Positions 40,066-48,847 of a stretch of DNA of 64,000 nucleotides are shown in pieces. This stretch comes from an uncultured delta proteobacterium (GTDB lineage Bacteria; Desulfobacterota; Desulfobacteria; Desulfobacterales; Desulfosalsimonadaceae). The stretch is taken from NCBI GenBank assembly GCA_963826785.1, contig CAWGYD010000004.1, positions 256,001 through 320,000 on the forward strand, written 5' to 3'. Every line of letters starts with the position of its first letter. The stretch's first letter is position 1. The translations under genes were made by a program, and so were the position numbers. Below the pieces are notes generated by a model. It searched no databases. It was given only the letters and a program-made list of their open reading frames with translations, and was not told the origin of the DNA.

Positions 40066-40151
40066 TCGTAAAAAACTCGAAAAAGCTTGGTTGTCGTCAT
40101 TACTGGATGCCTGCCTTCGCAGGCATGACGTGAAAACTGATTTTTTACGAG
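40066..40151. repeat. Palindromic intergenic repeat (REP-like), copy A
   Basis: 10-bp IR TCGTAAAAAA...TTTTTTACGA enclosing a GCCTGCCTTCGCAGGC hairpin; the last ~47 bp recur at 53925-53970. Confidence 0.7.
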
Positions 40152-40154
40152 GCC

Positions 40155-43100
40155 TCATGTTTTGCCGGTTCCCGAAAACAGGGTCATCTGCACCGGGCCC
40201 TTTTTTCTGGGGGGATGCTCCCGGCGTTTTTGCTTGAGCAGCTGCTTTTCAATATCGTCCAGAAAAGGAGAGCGGGTCCGGGTCCCGGTCCTGCCGTGGA
40301 TCATCCGTGTATTGGACCAGCACAGGTAGAGGGCTTCTTTTGCCCGGGTCATGCCCACGTAGAAAAGCCGCCTTTCTTCTTCCGCATCCGTATATGAGGC
40401 CTTGCCGGCCCGCAGGAAGGGGATGAGGCCGTCCTCGCAGCCGGTGATGAAGACCACGGGAAATTCCAGCCCCTTTGCCGCGTGAAGGGTCATCAGGCAC
40501 ACTTTTTCGGCACCCGTTTCGATCACATCCGGGTCATTTTCCAGTGTGATGGTCTCGATAAAATCCCGGGTGTTTTGCCCGAACGGTTCGGCCATTGCGA
40601 TGACCCGTTTGAATGCTTCGGAAATTTGGCTGTCATTTGCAAACAGCGGGCGAATCTCGGGCTGCTCCGCCATAAACGCCAGCTTGCGCGAAGCGGTCAG
40701 GGATGCGGTTTTTCGGCGAAGATCCGCCATCCGATGGGTCAAGCCGGCCAGGAGTGAATTCCCGGCGGGCGTCAACGCCGGGTGTGCGATCGGTTCATCC
40801 CGGGATAAAAGCGTATGGGCGGGGAGTTGATCCCGGTATCCCCGGTTTCTGATGACTTCCATTTCCCCGGGGCTGAAAGGAGAGGCCAGGCAGGCATTGA
40901 TCCGGTCCAGGTCGGTCCAGGCGGCGCATCTTTCCATCATCTTCAGCCATGCCAGCGCCTCGGCCACCCCCTTGCGCTCAAACAGGTTCTGCCGGCTGGC
41001 CAGCTGGAAGGGGATGCCCGCCTTTTCAAACATTTCCCCGAAGATTTCCCCCTGGGCCCGGGTGCGGTAAAGGACCGTAAAATCCGAAAACGCCCGGTTT
41101 CCTTCCCAGCCGGTGCCGGACGATTTTCCGAAATCCGTAAAATCAAAACCGGTGCCGCCGATCATCTGCTCGATCATTTTCCCCACGGCCACCGCTTCCG
41201 CTTTTTCGGTCTGGGCCGTCAGGATGGTAATATGGGGCAGACCGGAAATGCCGGAATATACCCGGGCGTGGGCGCTATTTAGACTGTGGTTTTCCATGAT
41301 CTGGCCGGAGGCCTCCAGGATGGTGTCCGTAGACCGGTAGTTGCGGGTCAGCCGGACCCGTCGGGCCGCGGGAAAGTCTAACAGAAAACGCTGGAAAAAC
41401 GCCACATCCGAGCCCCTGAACCCGTAAATGGACTGGTCCGGGTCGCCGATCACGCACAAGTCGGCGCTATGATTCACCAGGGCCTGGATGATCCGGTACT
41501 GGGGCAGATTCAGATCCTGGTATTCATCCACGAACACATAGGGGAACCGGTTTTGCCACTCGGCGCGCACCGTTTGGTCGGTTTGAAGGATCTCCACCGT
41601 GCGGGCGATCAGGTCGTCAAAATCACAGGCTTTCTGTGCATCCATCATCTCCCGGTAGATTTGGTATACCGCGGAAATAGATGATGCCGGCATATCTTTG
41701 GAAATGGGCGCAAGCTCATCCCCGGGCAGGAGCAGCTGCTGCCGGGCCGCGGAAATCAGCGCGCCCGCGGCTTCCGCGGACCCCCTGACGGTGATGCCGT
41801 TTTTTTTAGCCCGGGCCATGGCTGCCCCCATTACGGAGAGCCGCGTGTTTTCGTCGATGAGCGTAAAGCTTTCGGGGGCCTGTTCTTTTAAAAACCGGAG
41901 GCAGAAGGCGTGAAACGTGGCGGTCAGGGGCAGCACCGGGTCTTTTCCCAGCAGATCCGAGAGCCGCTGCGCCATTTCCCGGGCGGCCCGGTTGGTGAAG
42001 GTGATCGCAAGGATGGATTCGGCAGCGATCTTTTTTTCCCGGATCAGCCAGGCGATGCGGTGGGTCAGCGTCCGGGTTTTGCCCGTGCCCGGTCCGGCGA
42101 CGATCAGAAGCGGCCCCTGCTCATGGGTGACCGCCCGGGCCTGATCCGGGTTCAAACCGGCCAGCAGGTCCCGGGCGGGCACCGGGTGAATTTGTGCCGT
42201 TTGCGCAGCCGCTGCGGGTTTAACAGGTTTGCGGGGGCTTTTGGGAGAGGGATTGGCGCTTGCGGCGCAGGCCTCAGCGGAAAGGGCCTTTTGCGGCATC
42301 TGAAACAGCGATTTCTGCCCGGCCAGGGCATCGATCTCCTGCGGTGAAAACACCCGTATGCGGCCGTATTCCCCGTCATAGCCGGCGTTGATGTGAACCC
42401 TGCCCGCGCGCATGCGCTCGATGGCCTCGGCCAGAAGACCCATGCCCGCTTCACGCACGGCGGCGGTGGGAAGGGCGTAGAGCAGCGGCAGTTCAGGGCC
42501 GAGCCGCTCGAGGACGCGTTCATATGCGGCGGCCACTTTTTTGCTTTTGCATCCCACCCCCTCGATTTCGGACAGGATTTCGGAAAGCGGGATGAGGCTG
42601 TAAAAGGGATGCCGATTTTCGGGTCCGTCCCCGTCCTTTCGGGTGGCCAGTTCCTCCACCCGGTGGAGCACCCCCATGGTCAAGGGCTTATTGCAGACCG
42701 GGCACAGGTTTCCGTGGTCGATGGATTCTCTGGGATTTAAGCTGACATCGCATTTGCGGTGCCCGTCCTGGTGATATTTTCCTTCTTCGGGGAAAAATTC
42801 CAGGGTGCCGATAAATTTTTCCGGGTCCCCGGTTTTGATGGCGTGCTTTACGGCCGGATAGGACAGGTCCGTGTTGAGCAGGTTGGCTTCCCGGCCCAGG
42901 TTGGCCGGCGAGTGGGCGTCTGAATTGGACACCAGGGTCAGCCCGTCGATGCCTTTAACCCGCCAGTTCATGGGCGGGTCCGACGAAAGCCCGGTTTCAA
43001 CGGCGAAGATGTGGGGCGTCAGGTCCGCAAAGCATTCTTCCATGGCATCAAAGCCGGACTTGGCGCCAAACAGCGAAAACCACGGGGTCCAGATGTGGGC

Positions 43101-43586
43101 GGGAATCAAAAATCCCTCGTCCGAGCACTCCAGCAGGATTTCCAGCAGGTCCCGGGCATCCAGTCCCAGAATGGGCCGGCCGTCCGACACGATGTTTCCG
43201 ATCCGGTCCAGACGGGCAGCAAAGCGTGCGGTGGACTCCAGGTCCGGCAGAAAAACCAGGTTGTGGATTTTCCGGGTGGCGCCGGACTTCTTGTAGATGC
43301 TGCTGATCTCGCCGTTTAACATGAAGCGGACGGGAAATTGATTCTTGAACGGAATCTGGGCTTCGCATTTTTTCTCGATGGCGTCGTTCAGTTTAAACAG
43401 CCCGGGTTCTGCCGGAACCAGCTTTTCACGGATTTCGGCAAACCAGGCAGGGTGGGTGAAATCGCCCGTCCCCAGCAGGGTGATTCCTTTCCGCCGGGCG
43501 GCGATGTAGAGGTTTTCAAAATCCAGGTTTTTGGCGGTGGCCCGGGAAAACCGGGAATGGATGTGAAGATCTGCGATAAATGTCAT
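40155..43586 (-). CDS. Endonuclease Q-like PHP domain fused to a UvrD/PcrA helicase
   Basis: N-terminus ADLHIHSRFSRAT, GTGDFTHP, HIWTPWFS, SNSDAHS, GKYH.DGHRKC, CPVC; C-terminus AGPGTGKT, TFTN, DEYQD, GDPDQSIY, TLHAAKGLEF, EERRLFYVGMTRA. Confidence 0.9.
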   Translation of the reverse strand: MTFIADLHIHSRFSRATAKNLDFENLYIAARRKGITLLGTGDFTHPAWFAEIREKLVPAEPGLFKLNDAIEKKCEAQIPFKNQFPVRFMLNGEISSIYKKSGATRKIHNLVFLPDLESTARFAARLDRIGNIVSDGRPILGLDARDLLEILLECSDEGFLIPAHIWTPWFSLFGAKSGFDAMEECFADLTPHIFAVETGLSSDPPMNWRVKGIDGLTLVSNSDAHSPANLGREANLLNTDLSYPAVKHAIKTGDPEKFIGTLEFFPEEGKYHQDGHRKCDVSLNPRESIDHGNLCPVCNKPLTMGVLHRVEELATRKDGDGPENRHPFYSLIPLSEILSEIEGVGCKSKKVAAAYERVLERLGPELPLLYALPTAAVREAGMGLLAEAIERMRAGRVHINAGYDGEYGRIRVFSPQEIDALAGQKSLFQMPQKALSAEACAASANPSPKSPRKPVKPAAAAQTAQIHPVPARDLLAGLNPDQARAVTHEQGPLLIVAGPGTGKTRTLTHRIAWLIREKKIAAESILAITFTNRAAREMAQRLSDLLGKDPVLPLTATFHAFCLRFLKEQAPESFTLIDENTRLSVMGAAMARAKKNGITVRGSAEAAGALISAARQQLLLPGDELAPISKDMPASSISAVYQIYREMMDAQKACDFDDLIARTVEILQTDQTVRAEWQNRFPYVFVDEYQDLNLPQYRIIQALVNHSADLCVIGDPDQSIYGFRGSDVAFFQRFLLDFPAARRVRLTRNYRSTDTILEASGQIMENHSLNSAHARVYSGISGLPHITILTAQTEKAEAVAVGKMIEQMIGGTGFDFTDFGKSSGTGWEGNRAFSDFTVLYRTRAQGEIFGEMFEKAGIPFQLASRQNLFERKGVAEALAWLKMMERCAAWTDLDRINACLASPFSPGEMEVIRNRGYRDQLPAHTLLSRDEPIAHPALTPAGNSLLAGLTHRMADLRRKTASLTASRKLAFMAEQPEIRPLFANDSQISEAFKRVIAMAEPFGQNTRDFIETITLENDPDVIETGAEKVCLMTLHAAKGLEFPVVFITGCEDGLIPFLRAGKASYTDAEEERRLFYVGMTRAKEALYLCWSNTRMIHGRTGTRTRSPFLDDIEKQLLKQKRREHPPRKKGPVQMTLFSGTGKT

Positions 43587-43919
43587 GTGATGTTCCGGTC
43601 GGGGTTGCTGTGGGGCATCTTAAAAACGTCTGTGATACGCCGGCGCGGATCGGAAAAAGCCCGATAACGTCCTGTCGAACCAAAGATGCGATTTTCCGAT
43701 CAGGCAACACATATCAATTCCTCATGAGTTTGCACAGGAAAAAGTCCTTGCCCATTGAAGCCATAATCAGTATTGAAATGACTTTGTTCTTATGGGGCCC
43801 CAAGCCTCGCGTAAATTCCGCATAATGGCTCAGGAAAAATGATTATCCGGGTCCTTGCGGGAAATGGGAACAAATGCACGCAAGATCATCACATCCATTT
43901 CGTCATAGGAGTTAACTGC

Positions 43920-44546
43920 ATGGGTATCTTATCGTCGTCCACTTCCATCACCCGGTACCGGGTGAACGGCCAGATCGCCGAGCCGTTCATGGAAAATGTC
44001 ATAACGGGTCTGAAGAATCACATGATTCATGAGATCGACAATGATCCCGCCGAAAAAAGCGCAGGGTTTACCTGTTTTGAGACCCCGTTCAAGCCGGACT
44101 TTGACAACGCGAATCTCGTCTTCGGCACCCATCTGATCTTTTCCCTGCGGGTGGACAAGAAGACCATTCCTTCCAGCATCATCAAAAAGCAGGTCAACGC
44201 GGCCATTGCCAAGCGCCTGGCCGATTCCGACCGCCAGGCCCTGTCCAACAACGAAAAGCGCGAGATCAGGGATGACGTCACCCGAAGGCTCTACACCCGG
44301 ATTCCGGCGGCGCCCAGCGTCTACGACCTGATCTGGAATTATGAAGGGGGCGAACTGTGGTTTCTGACCAACCTGAAGGCCGCCAACGAAGAGCTGGAAA
44401 ACCTGTTTTCCAAGGCTTTCAAGCTGTCTCTTATCCGGCTGTTCCCCTACACCGCCGCCGAGATCGCCTGCGGGCTGTCCGATGCCGAGAAGGACCGGCT
44501 GAGCAAACTTTCACCCACCCAATTTTTCAGGGGGCAACATGCTTGA
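43920..44546 (+). CDS. RdgC-related protein (first gene of a pair)
   Basis: MGILS.S.S.TRY.V, FSLRVDKKTIP, EKREI...V...L..R.P..P..YD..W; AGGAG RBS. Confidence 0.65.
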   Translation: MGILSSSTSITRYRVNGQIAEPFMENVITGLKNHMIHEIDNDPAEKSAGFTCFETPFKPDFDNANLVFGTHLIFSLRVDKKTIPSSIIKKQVNAAIAKRLADSDRQALSNNEKREIRDDVTRRLYTRIPAAPSVYDLIWNYEGGELWFLTNLKAANEELENLFSKAFKLSLIRLFPYTAAEIACGLSDAEKDRLSKLSPTQFFRGQHA

Positions 44547-45066
44547 TGTATCTGTGGCCTACAACCGCTACAAGTTCCTGGGCCATGAATTTCTGACCTG
44601 GATGTGGTTCATGATTGACAATGAGAAGGATTCGCTGCTGGAACTGGACAAAGATCTGGCGGATATTTACATCGGCAACCGGGTGGTGCTGGAAAACAGT
44701 TCCCTCAACCGGGAGGAAACCATCACCATCAAGGGAGACGGCGCCGGCCTGGAAGAAGGATTGATCGCCCTTTCCAAGGGCGGCAAGGTCGCCGAGATCA
44801 ACCTGGCCGTCCGGGCGGGGGAGTTTGAATGGCGGTTTAATCTCAAGGGGGAAAGCCTGAATATCGGCGGCCTCAAGCCCCCGGAGACCGGAAAGATCGA
44901 ATCCAAGGAGGATGTGGAAGGTGCGGTGCTGGAGAAAATTTATCTGTACGAAAAAATAATCAATTTCTCCCACCTGGCCTACCAGGCGTTTTTAAAGCAG
45001 CGGATTTCGGAAAGCTGGGAGAACAAGGAAGTAAACCGCATTGCGGAGTGGATCGGCCGGGCCTGA
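44539..45066 (+). CDS. Conserved protein coupled to the RdgC-like gene
   Basis: FLGHEFLTWMWF, LEEG..AL..G.KV, AVLEKIYL; overlaps the upstream stop. Confidence 0.65.
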   Translation: MLDVSVAYNRYKFLGHEFLTWMWFMIDNEKDSLLELDKDLADIYIGNRVVLENSSLNREETITIKGDGAGLEEGLIALSKGGKVAEINLAVRAGEFEWRFNLKGESLNIGGLKPPETGKIESKEDVEGAVLEKIYLYEKIINFSHLAYQAFLKQRISESWENKEVNRIAEWIGRA

Positions 45067-45117
45067 TCGGGGGCTGTGACCCGTAAATCACTCATAAATC
45101 GGTTTTGACCGGGCGCT

Positions 45118-45678
45118 TCAGACGGTCAGGTGAGCGATCAGTATCCGCAGGCCGATGCCGATTAAGATGATGCCGCCGATGAATTCCATGCCGGAGCCGA
45201 ACTTCTTTCCCACGAATTTGCCGGCCCGGATGCCGATGACCGACAGGCCGGCGGTGATGATGCCGATCAGGGCGCTGGGATACCAGATATTGATGTTGAT
45301 CATGGCCAGGCTCAGGCCCACGGCCAGTGCGTCGATGCTGGTGGCCACCGACAGGATCACCAGGCTCATCCCCTTTGAGGGGTCCCTGCGGAAGGTTTCC
45401 GTGTCGGTCTGAAATGCGGATATGATCATCCGGGTGCCGACAAAGGCCAGCAGGGAAAAGGCGATCCAGTGGTCCACGGCTGAAATCAGGTGGGCCACGG
45501 TAATACCCGCGGCCCAGCCGATCACCGGCATCATGGCCTGAAACAGGCCGAAATGAAAAGAAAGCCTGAAATAGGCGCGCTTTCCGGAAATCAGCCCGGA
45601 GGTGCCGGCGGCCACGGATACGGCAAAGGCATCCATGGCCAGGCCCACGGCAATCAGCAGGATTTCGGGGGTTTGCAT
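45118..45678 (-). CDS. mntP: Manganese efflux pump MntP
   Basis: GLAMDAFAVS, FGLFQAMMP..GW, DHWIAF, ATSIDALAVG, E..GGIILIGIG. Confidence 0.93.
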   Translation of the reverse strand: MQTPEILLIAVGLAMDAFAVSVAAGTSGLISGKRAYFRLSFHFGLFQAMMPVIGWAAGITVAHLISAVDHWIAFSLLAFVGTRMIISAFQTDTETFRRDPSKGMSLVILSVATSIDALAVGLSLAMININIWYPSALIGIITAGLSVIGIRAGKFVGKKFGSGMEFIGGIILIGIGLRILIAHLTV

Positions 45679-45873
45679 GAAAAATAAACCGCGTATGGTC
45701 TTTTAAGTTGCAAACGTGTTTGCGAATGTTCCCATAAACGACCCAGTTTATATAACAGAATATGCCGGGTACGCATAGCGTCAAAATGTGGTGAACTATT
45801 GTGAATACGTGCCCGTACACATTTACGGGCGCGTGCACGGAAAAATCAACGGAAAACAGGAGGAGGACTGAAC

Positions 45874-47124
45874 ATGAAAGAAGTGGTTATCGTATCCGCA
45901 TGCCGGACGGCCATCGGCGCGTTCGGGGGCACTTTGAAGGACATGATCGGCGCACAGCTGGCCGCCGTGGTCATGAAGGAAGCGGTCGAGCGTGCGGGGA
46001 TCGATCCGGCCATCATCGATGATGTCCGGTTCGGATGCTGCATGGACCCCACGGACACCTTGAATGTCACCCGGGTGGGCGCCCTGATGGCGGGTATCCC
46101 GGACACCGTTCCGGCAGTCACCATCAACCGTGTCTGCATCTCCGGCATGGAGGCCACCCTGTCGGGGATGGCCATGATCCAGGCGGACATGGCCGATGTG
46201 GTCCTGGTGGGCGGGGTCGAGCACATGTCCAGCGCACCCTATGAAGTCCCGGCCGCCCGGTGGGGATGCCGCCTGCAGGACCAGGTGTTTGTCGATTCGC
46301 TGATCCGGAAGCTTCACTGCGGATCCTATGTGATGCCGTTTTCGGCCGATGCGCCGGTGGACACCACCCAGGCCCCGGCCTCCATGTTCCTGGGGAAACC
46401 CTACATCATGGGGCATACCGCGGAATTCATCGCCCAGAAGCACAACATCTCCCGGGAGGAAATGGACGAAGTCGCCTTGAGAAGCCACAACAACGCGGAA
46501 AGGGCCAACAAGGAAGGCGATTTTGCAGAAGAGATCGTTCCCGTTTCCGTCCCCCGGCGCAAAAAAGACCCGCTGGTGTTCGACAAGGACGAACATTTCC
46601 GCCCGGGGCTGACCATGGCCGACCTGGTGAAGCTGCCCGCAGCATTTGTCCCCAAGATCGGCAAGGTCACCGCCGGAAACTCCAGCGGCTTAAATGACGG
46701 GGCCACCGCCATGATCATCATGTCCGCGGACAAGGCCAAAGAACTGGGGCTCACCCCCCTGGCCCGCATCAAGGCCTCGGGCAAGGGCGCCTGTCATCCG
46801 GCCCTCATGGGCCTCTCCCCGGTTCCCGCGGTGAACAACCTGCTGGACAGAAGCGGCCTGAAAATCAAGGATTTCGATCTCGTCGAGGTCAACGAGGCCT
46901 TTGCCGCACAGTACCTGGGCTGCGAAAAGGAACTGGGCTTGAACCGCGAGATCACCAATGTCAACGGATCCGGCATCGGCCTGGGGCACCCGGTGGGGAG
47001 CACCGGCGCCCGGGTGATCGTCACCCTGCTCTACGCCCTGCGCAAGAGAGGCAAACATCTGGGCATGGCCACCCTTTGCGGCGGCGGCGGTGTATCCATG
47101 GCCACGGTGATCGAAACCCTGTAG
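45874..47124 (+). CDS. Acetyl-CoA C-acyltransferase (thiolase)
   Basis: RTAIG.FGG, INRVCISG, TAGNSSGLNDGA, EVNEAFA, GHPVGSTG, TLCGGGG. Confidence 0.95.
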   Translation: MKEVVIVSACRTAIGAFGGTLKDMIGAQLAAVVMKEAVERAGIDPAIIDDVRFGCCMDPTDTLNVTRVGALMAGIPDTVPAVTINRVCISGMEATLSGMAMIQADMADVVLVGGVEHMSSAPYEVPAARWGCRLQDQVFVDSLIRKLHCGSYVMPFSADAPVDTTQAPASMFLGKPYIMGHTAEFIAQKHNISREEMDEVALRSHNNAERANKEGDFAEEIVPVSVPRRKKDPLVFDKDEHFRPGLTMADLVKLPAAFVPKIGKVTAGNSSGLNDGATAMIIMSADKAKELGLTPLARIKASGKGACHPALMGLSPVPAVNNLLDRSGLKIKDFDLVEVNEAFAAQYLGCEKELGLNREITNVNGSGIGLGHPVGSTGARVIVTLLYALRKRGKHLGMATLCGGGGVSMATVIETL

Positions 47125-47193
47125 GGCGGACCCGTTGCCGGCGGGCCTGCGCGACAGTAAGCTATGTAAACGAAGGACTTAACCGGAATGCCG

Positions 47194-47230
47194 ACGGGCG
47201 GAAGAAATTTTTTTTCCGCCCGTTTTCTTT
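47194..47230 (+). terminator. Terminator after thiolase
   Basis: Stem ACGGGCGGAA/TTCCGCCCGT followed by TTTCTTT. Confidence 0.6.
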
Positions 47231-47316
47231 CGAAATCCTTCCTTTTTTTGCGCCATGGATCATTCTTCATTACTATTTGCAAAGGTGCTTTGCCTTTTAA
47301 CCGCCGGAGGTGATCC

Positions 47317-47712
47317 ATGCCGTATCGTATCAGCCGCGTGATGTTTTTGATGATTTTTGCCGCCCTGATGGCCATTTCGGTTCCGTCGACGTCCATATCC
47401 CAGGATGAAAATCCCCAGGCCCGGAAAATGATGGAGGGCGAACTTCAAGCCCTGAAGACAGCCGATTACCAGCAATTTATTCAAAACGGCAACAGCGCCT
47501 TCAAAGAATTGTCCAAAACGGTATTCGACGTACTGGAGATGAGCTGGTCGGAAGAACTGGCCAAAGGATACCAGCTGGATTATCTCGGGGCCATCGAGCG
47601 GGTGGGGATGACGGAATATCTCTGGCGGGTGACCTTCACCGGCAGCAATTCACAACACCTGGGCAGGCTGACCCTGGCGGATGGGAAGATCGCCGGGTTC
47701 AATCTGGATTAG
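47317..47712 (+). CDS. Exported hypothetical protein
   Basis: GGAGG RBS, signal peptide, 131 aa. Confidence 0.7.
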   Translation: MPYRISRVMFLMIFAALMAISVPSTSISQDENPQARKMMEGELQALKTADYQQFIQNGNSAFKELSKTVFDVLEMSWSEELAKGYQLDYLGAIERVGMTEYLWRVTFTGSNSQHLGRLTLADGKIAGFNLD

Positions 47713-47790
47713 ACGTGGATCGCGTTTAAAGCGCCCCCCCTGCTTTGCGGTGTTTTTGCAGGAATGAACTTTTCAGCGGCAGCCGAAGGG

Positions 47791-47904
47791 ACACCCCCCT
47801 GACCCCCCTATGGGGGATTAGGCCTTGAAATTACGTTCAACTTCCTCAATCGAGGGGGGCTCCTTTTTTTATTCCCCCCTGCGAGGGGGGACCAGGGGGG
47901 GTGT
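47791..47904. repeat. REP-like inverted repeat pair
   Basis: ACACCCCCCTGACCCCCCTATGGGGGA ... TCCCCCCTGCGAGGGGGGACCAGGGGGGGTGT; the arms are imperfect reverse complements. Confidence 0.6.
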
Positions 47905-47969
47905 TGGACCTGCGCAGCGACACAAGATGCGCGGCAAAGATCATCGGATCGAGCGGGCATTGAAAAAAC

Positions 47970-48806
47970 ATGGGGAATATGCTTTCCAGACACGTCAAAT
48001 CGGCCGCATGGATTGCCGTCATCGTTTTTACGGGGGTTTTCGCATCGTTAATGCCAGCCGCTGCGGAACCAGAAACCCCGGAATGGACCACGCGGATCGA
48101 ACTGGGGCCATCCGTCCAGTACTTTAACTGGGAGGAATTTTCCGATGCCGGGCTCAAACTGGTGGAGGAAAACGGGCTTCGCTACGCGCTGTGTGTCGAT
48201 GCGGATTCCCGAAAAGGTCATTACGGTTGGCGGGGAGGGCTGCAGGTATTTGCAGGGGAGGTCAATTACAAGGGCTACACCTGGTCCCTGGTCCCGGTGA
48301 GGACCGATGTCTTTTACGCCGGCACCCGGCTATATCTGGATGCCGTCCCCGCACACCGATTCGATTCCGGATTGCTGCTGTCCGCCTTTGCGGGTCTGGG
48401 CGGACAGGGATGGCTGCGGGACCTGGATGACACCCGCACGCCGGCGGGCGAGCCCGTGGGCGGGGGGGAGGAATGGTGGGGGTGCCTCTATGGCCGGCTG
48501 GGGATGGGAGCGGAGTACCCAGTCCGGCCCCGGACGGTCCTGTTTGCCGAGGCCGGCGTGAAGCTGCCCATATATGCCCGCAACGAGGCGGAATTTTTCG
48601 TGACCGGCAGCCCCTCTGCCGGCCTGGAACCGGAGATGACCGTTTCCATATTTTCCGCAATGGGTGTGCGCTGGCGGCAAATCGCGGTCAAGCTGACCTA
48701 TGACACCCTTCGATTCGACCGGTCCAATACAGTGGAAAACTTGTATCAGCCCAGATCGGAATCCGACACCATCAGCCTGAGTGCCGCCTGGATATATTCG
48801 TTTTGA
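47970..48806 (+). CDS. Probable outer-membrane beta-barrel protein
   Basis: Signal peptide, alternating aromatic/Gly strands, C-terminal ...AAWIYSF. Confidence 0.7.
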   Translation: MGNMLSRHVKSAAWIAVIVFTGVFASLMPAAAEPETPEWTTRIELGPSVQYFNWEEFSDAGLKLVEENGLRYALCVDADSRKGHYGWRGGLQVFAGEVNYKGYTWSLVPVRTDVFYAGTRLYLDAVPAHRFDSGLLLSAFAGLGGQGWLRDLDDTRTPAGEPVGGGEEWWGCLYGRLGMGAEYPVRPRTVLFAEAGVKLPIYARNEAEFFVTGSPSAGLEPEMTVSIFSAMGVRWRQIAVKLTYDTLRFDRSNTVENLYQPRSESDTISLSAAWIYSF

Positions 48807-48847
48807 ATGCAATCTTGATGAAGCCGCAAAAAAGTTCTATTCAGCCT

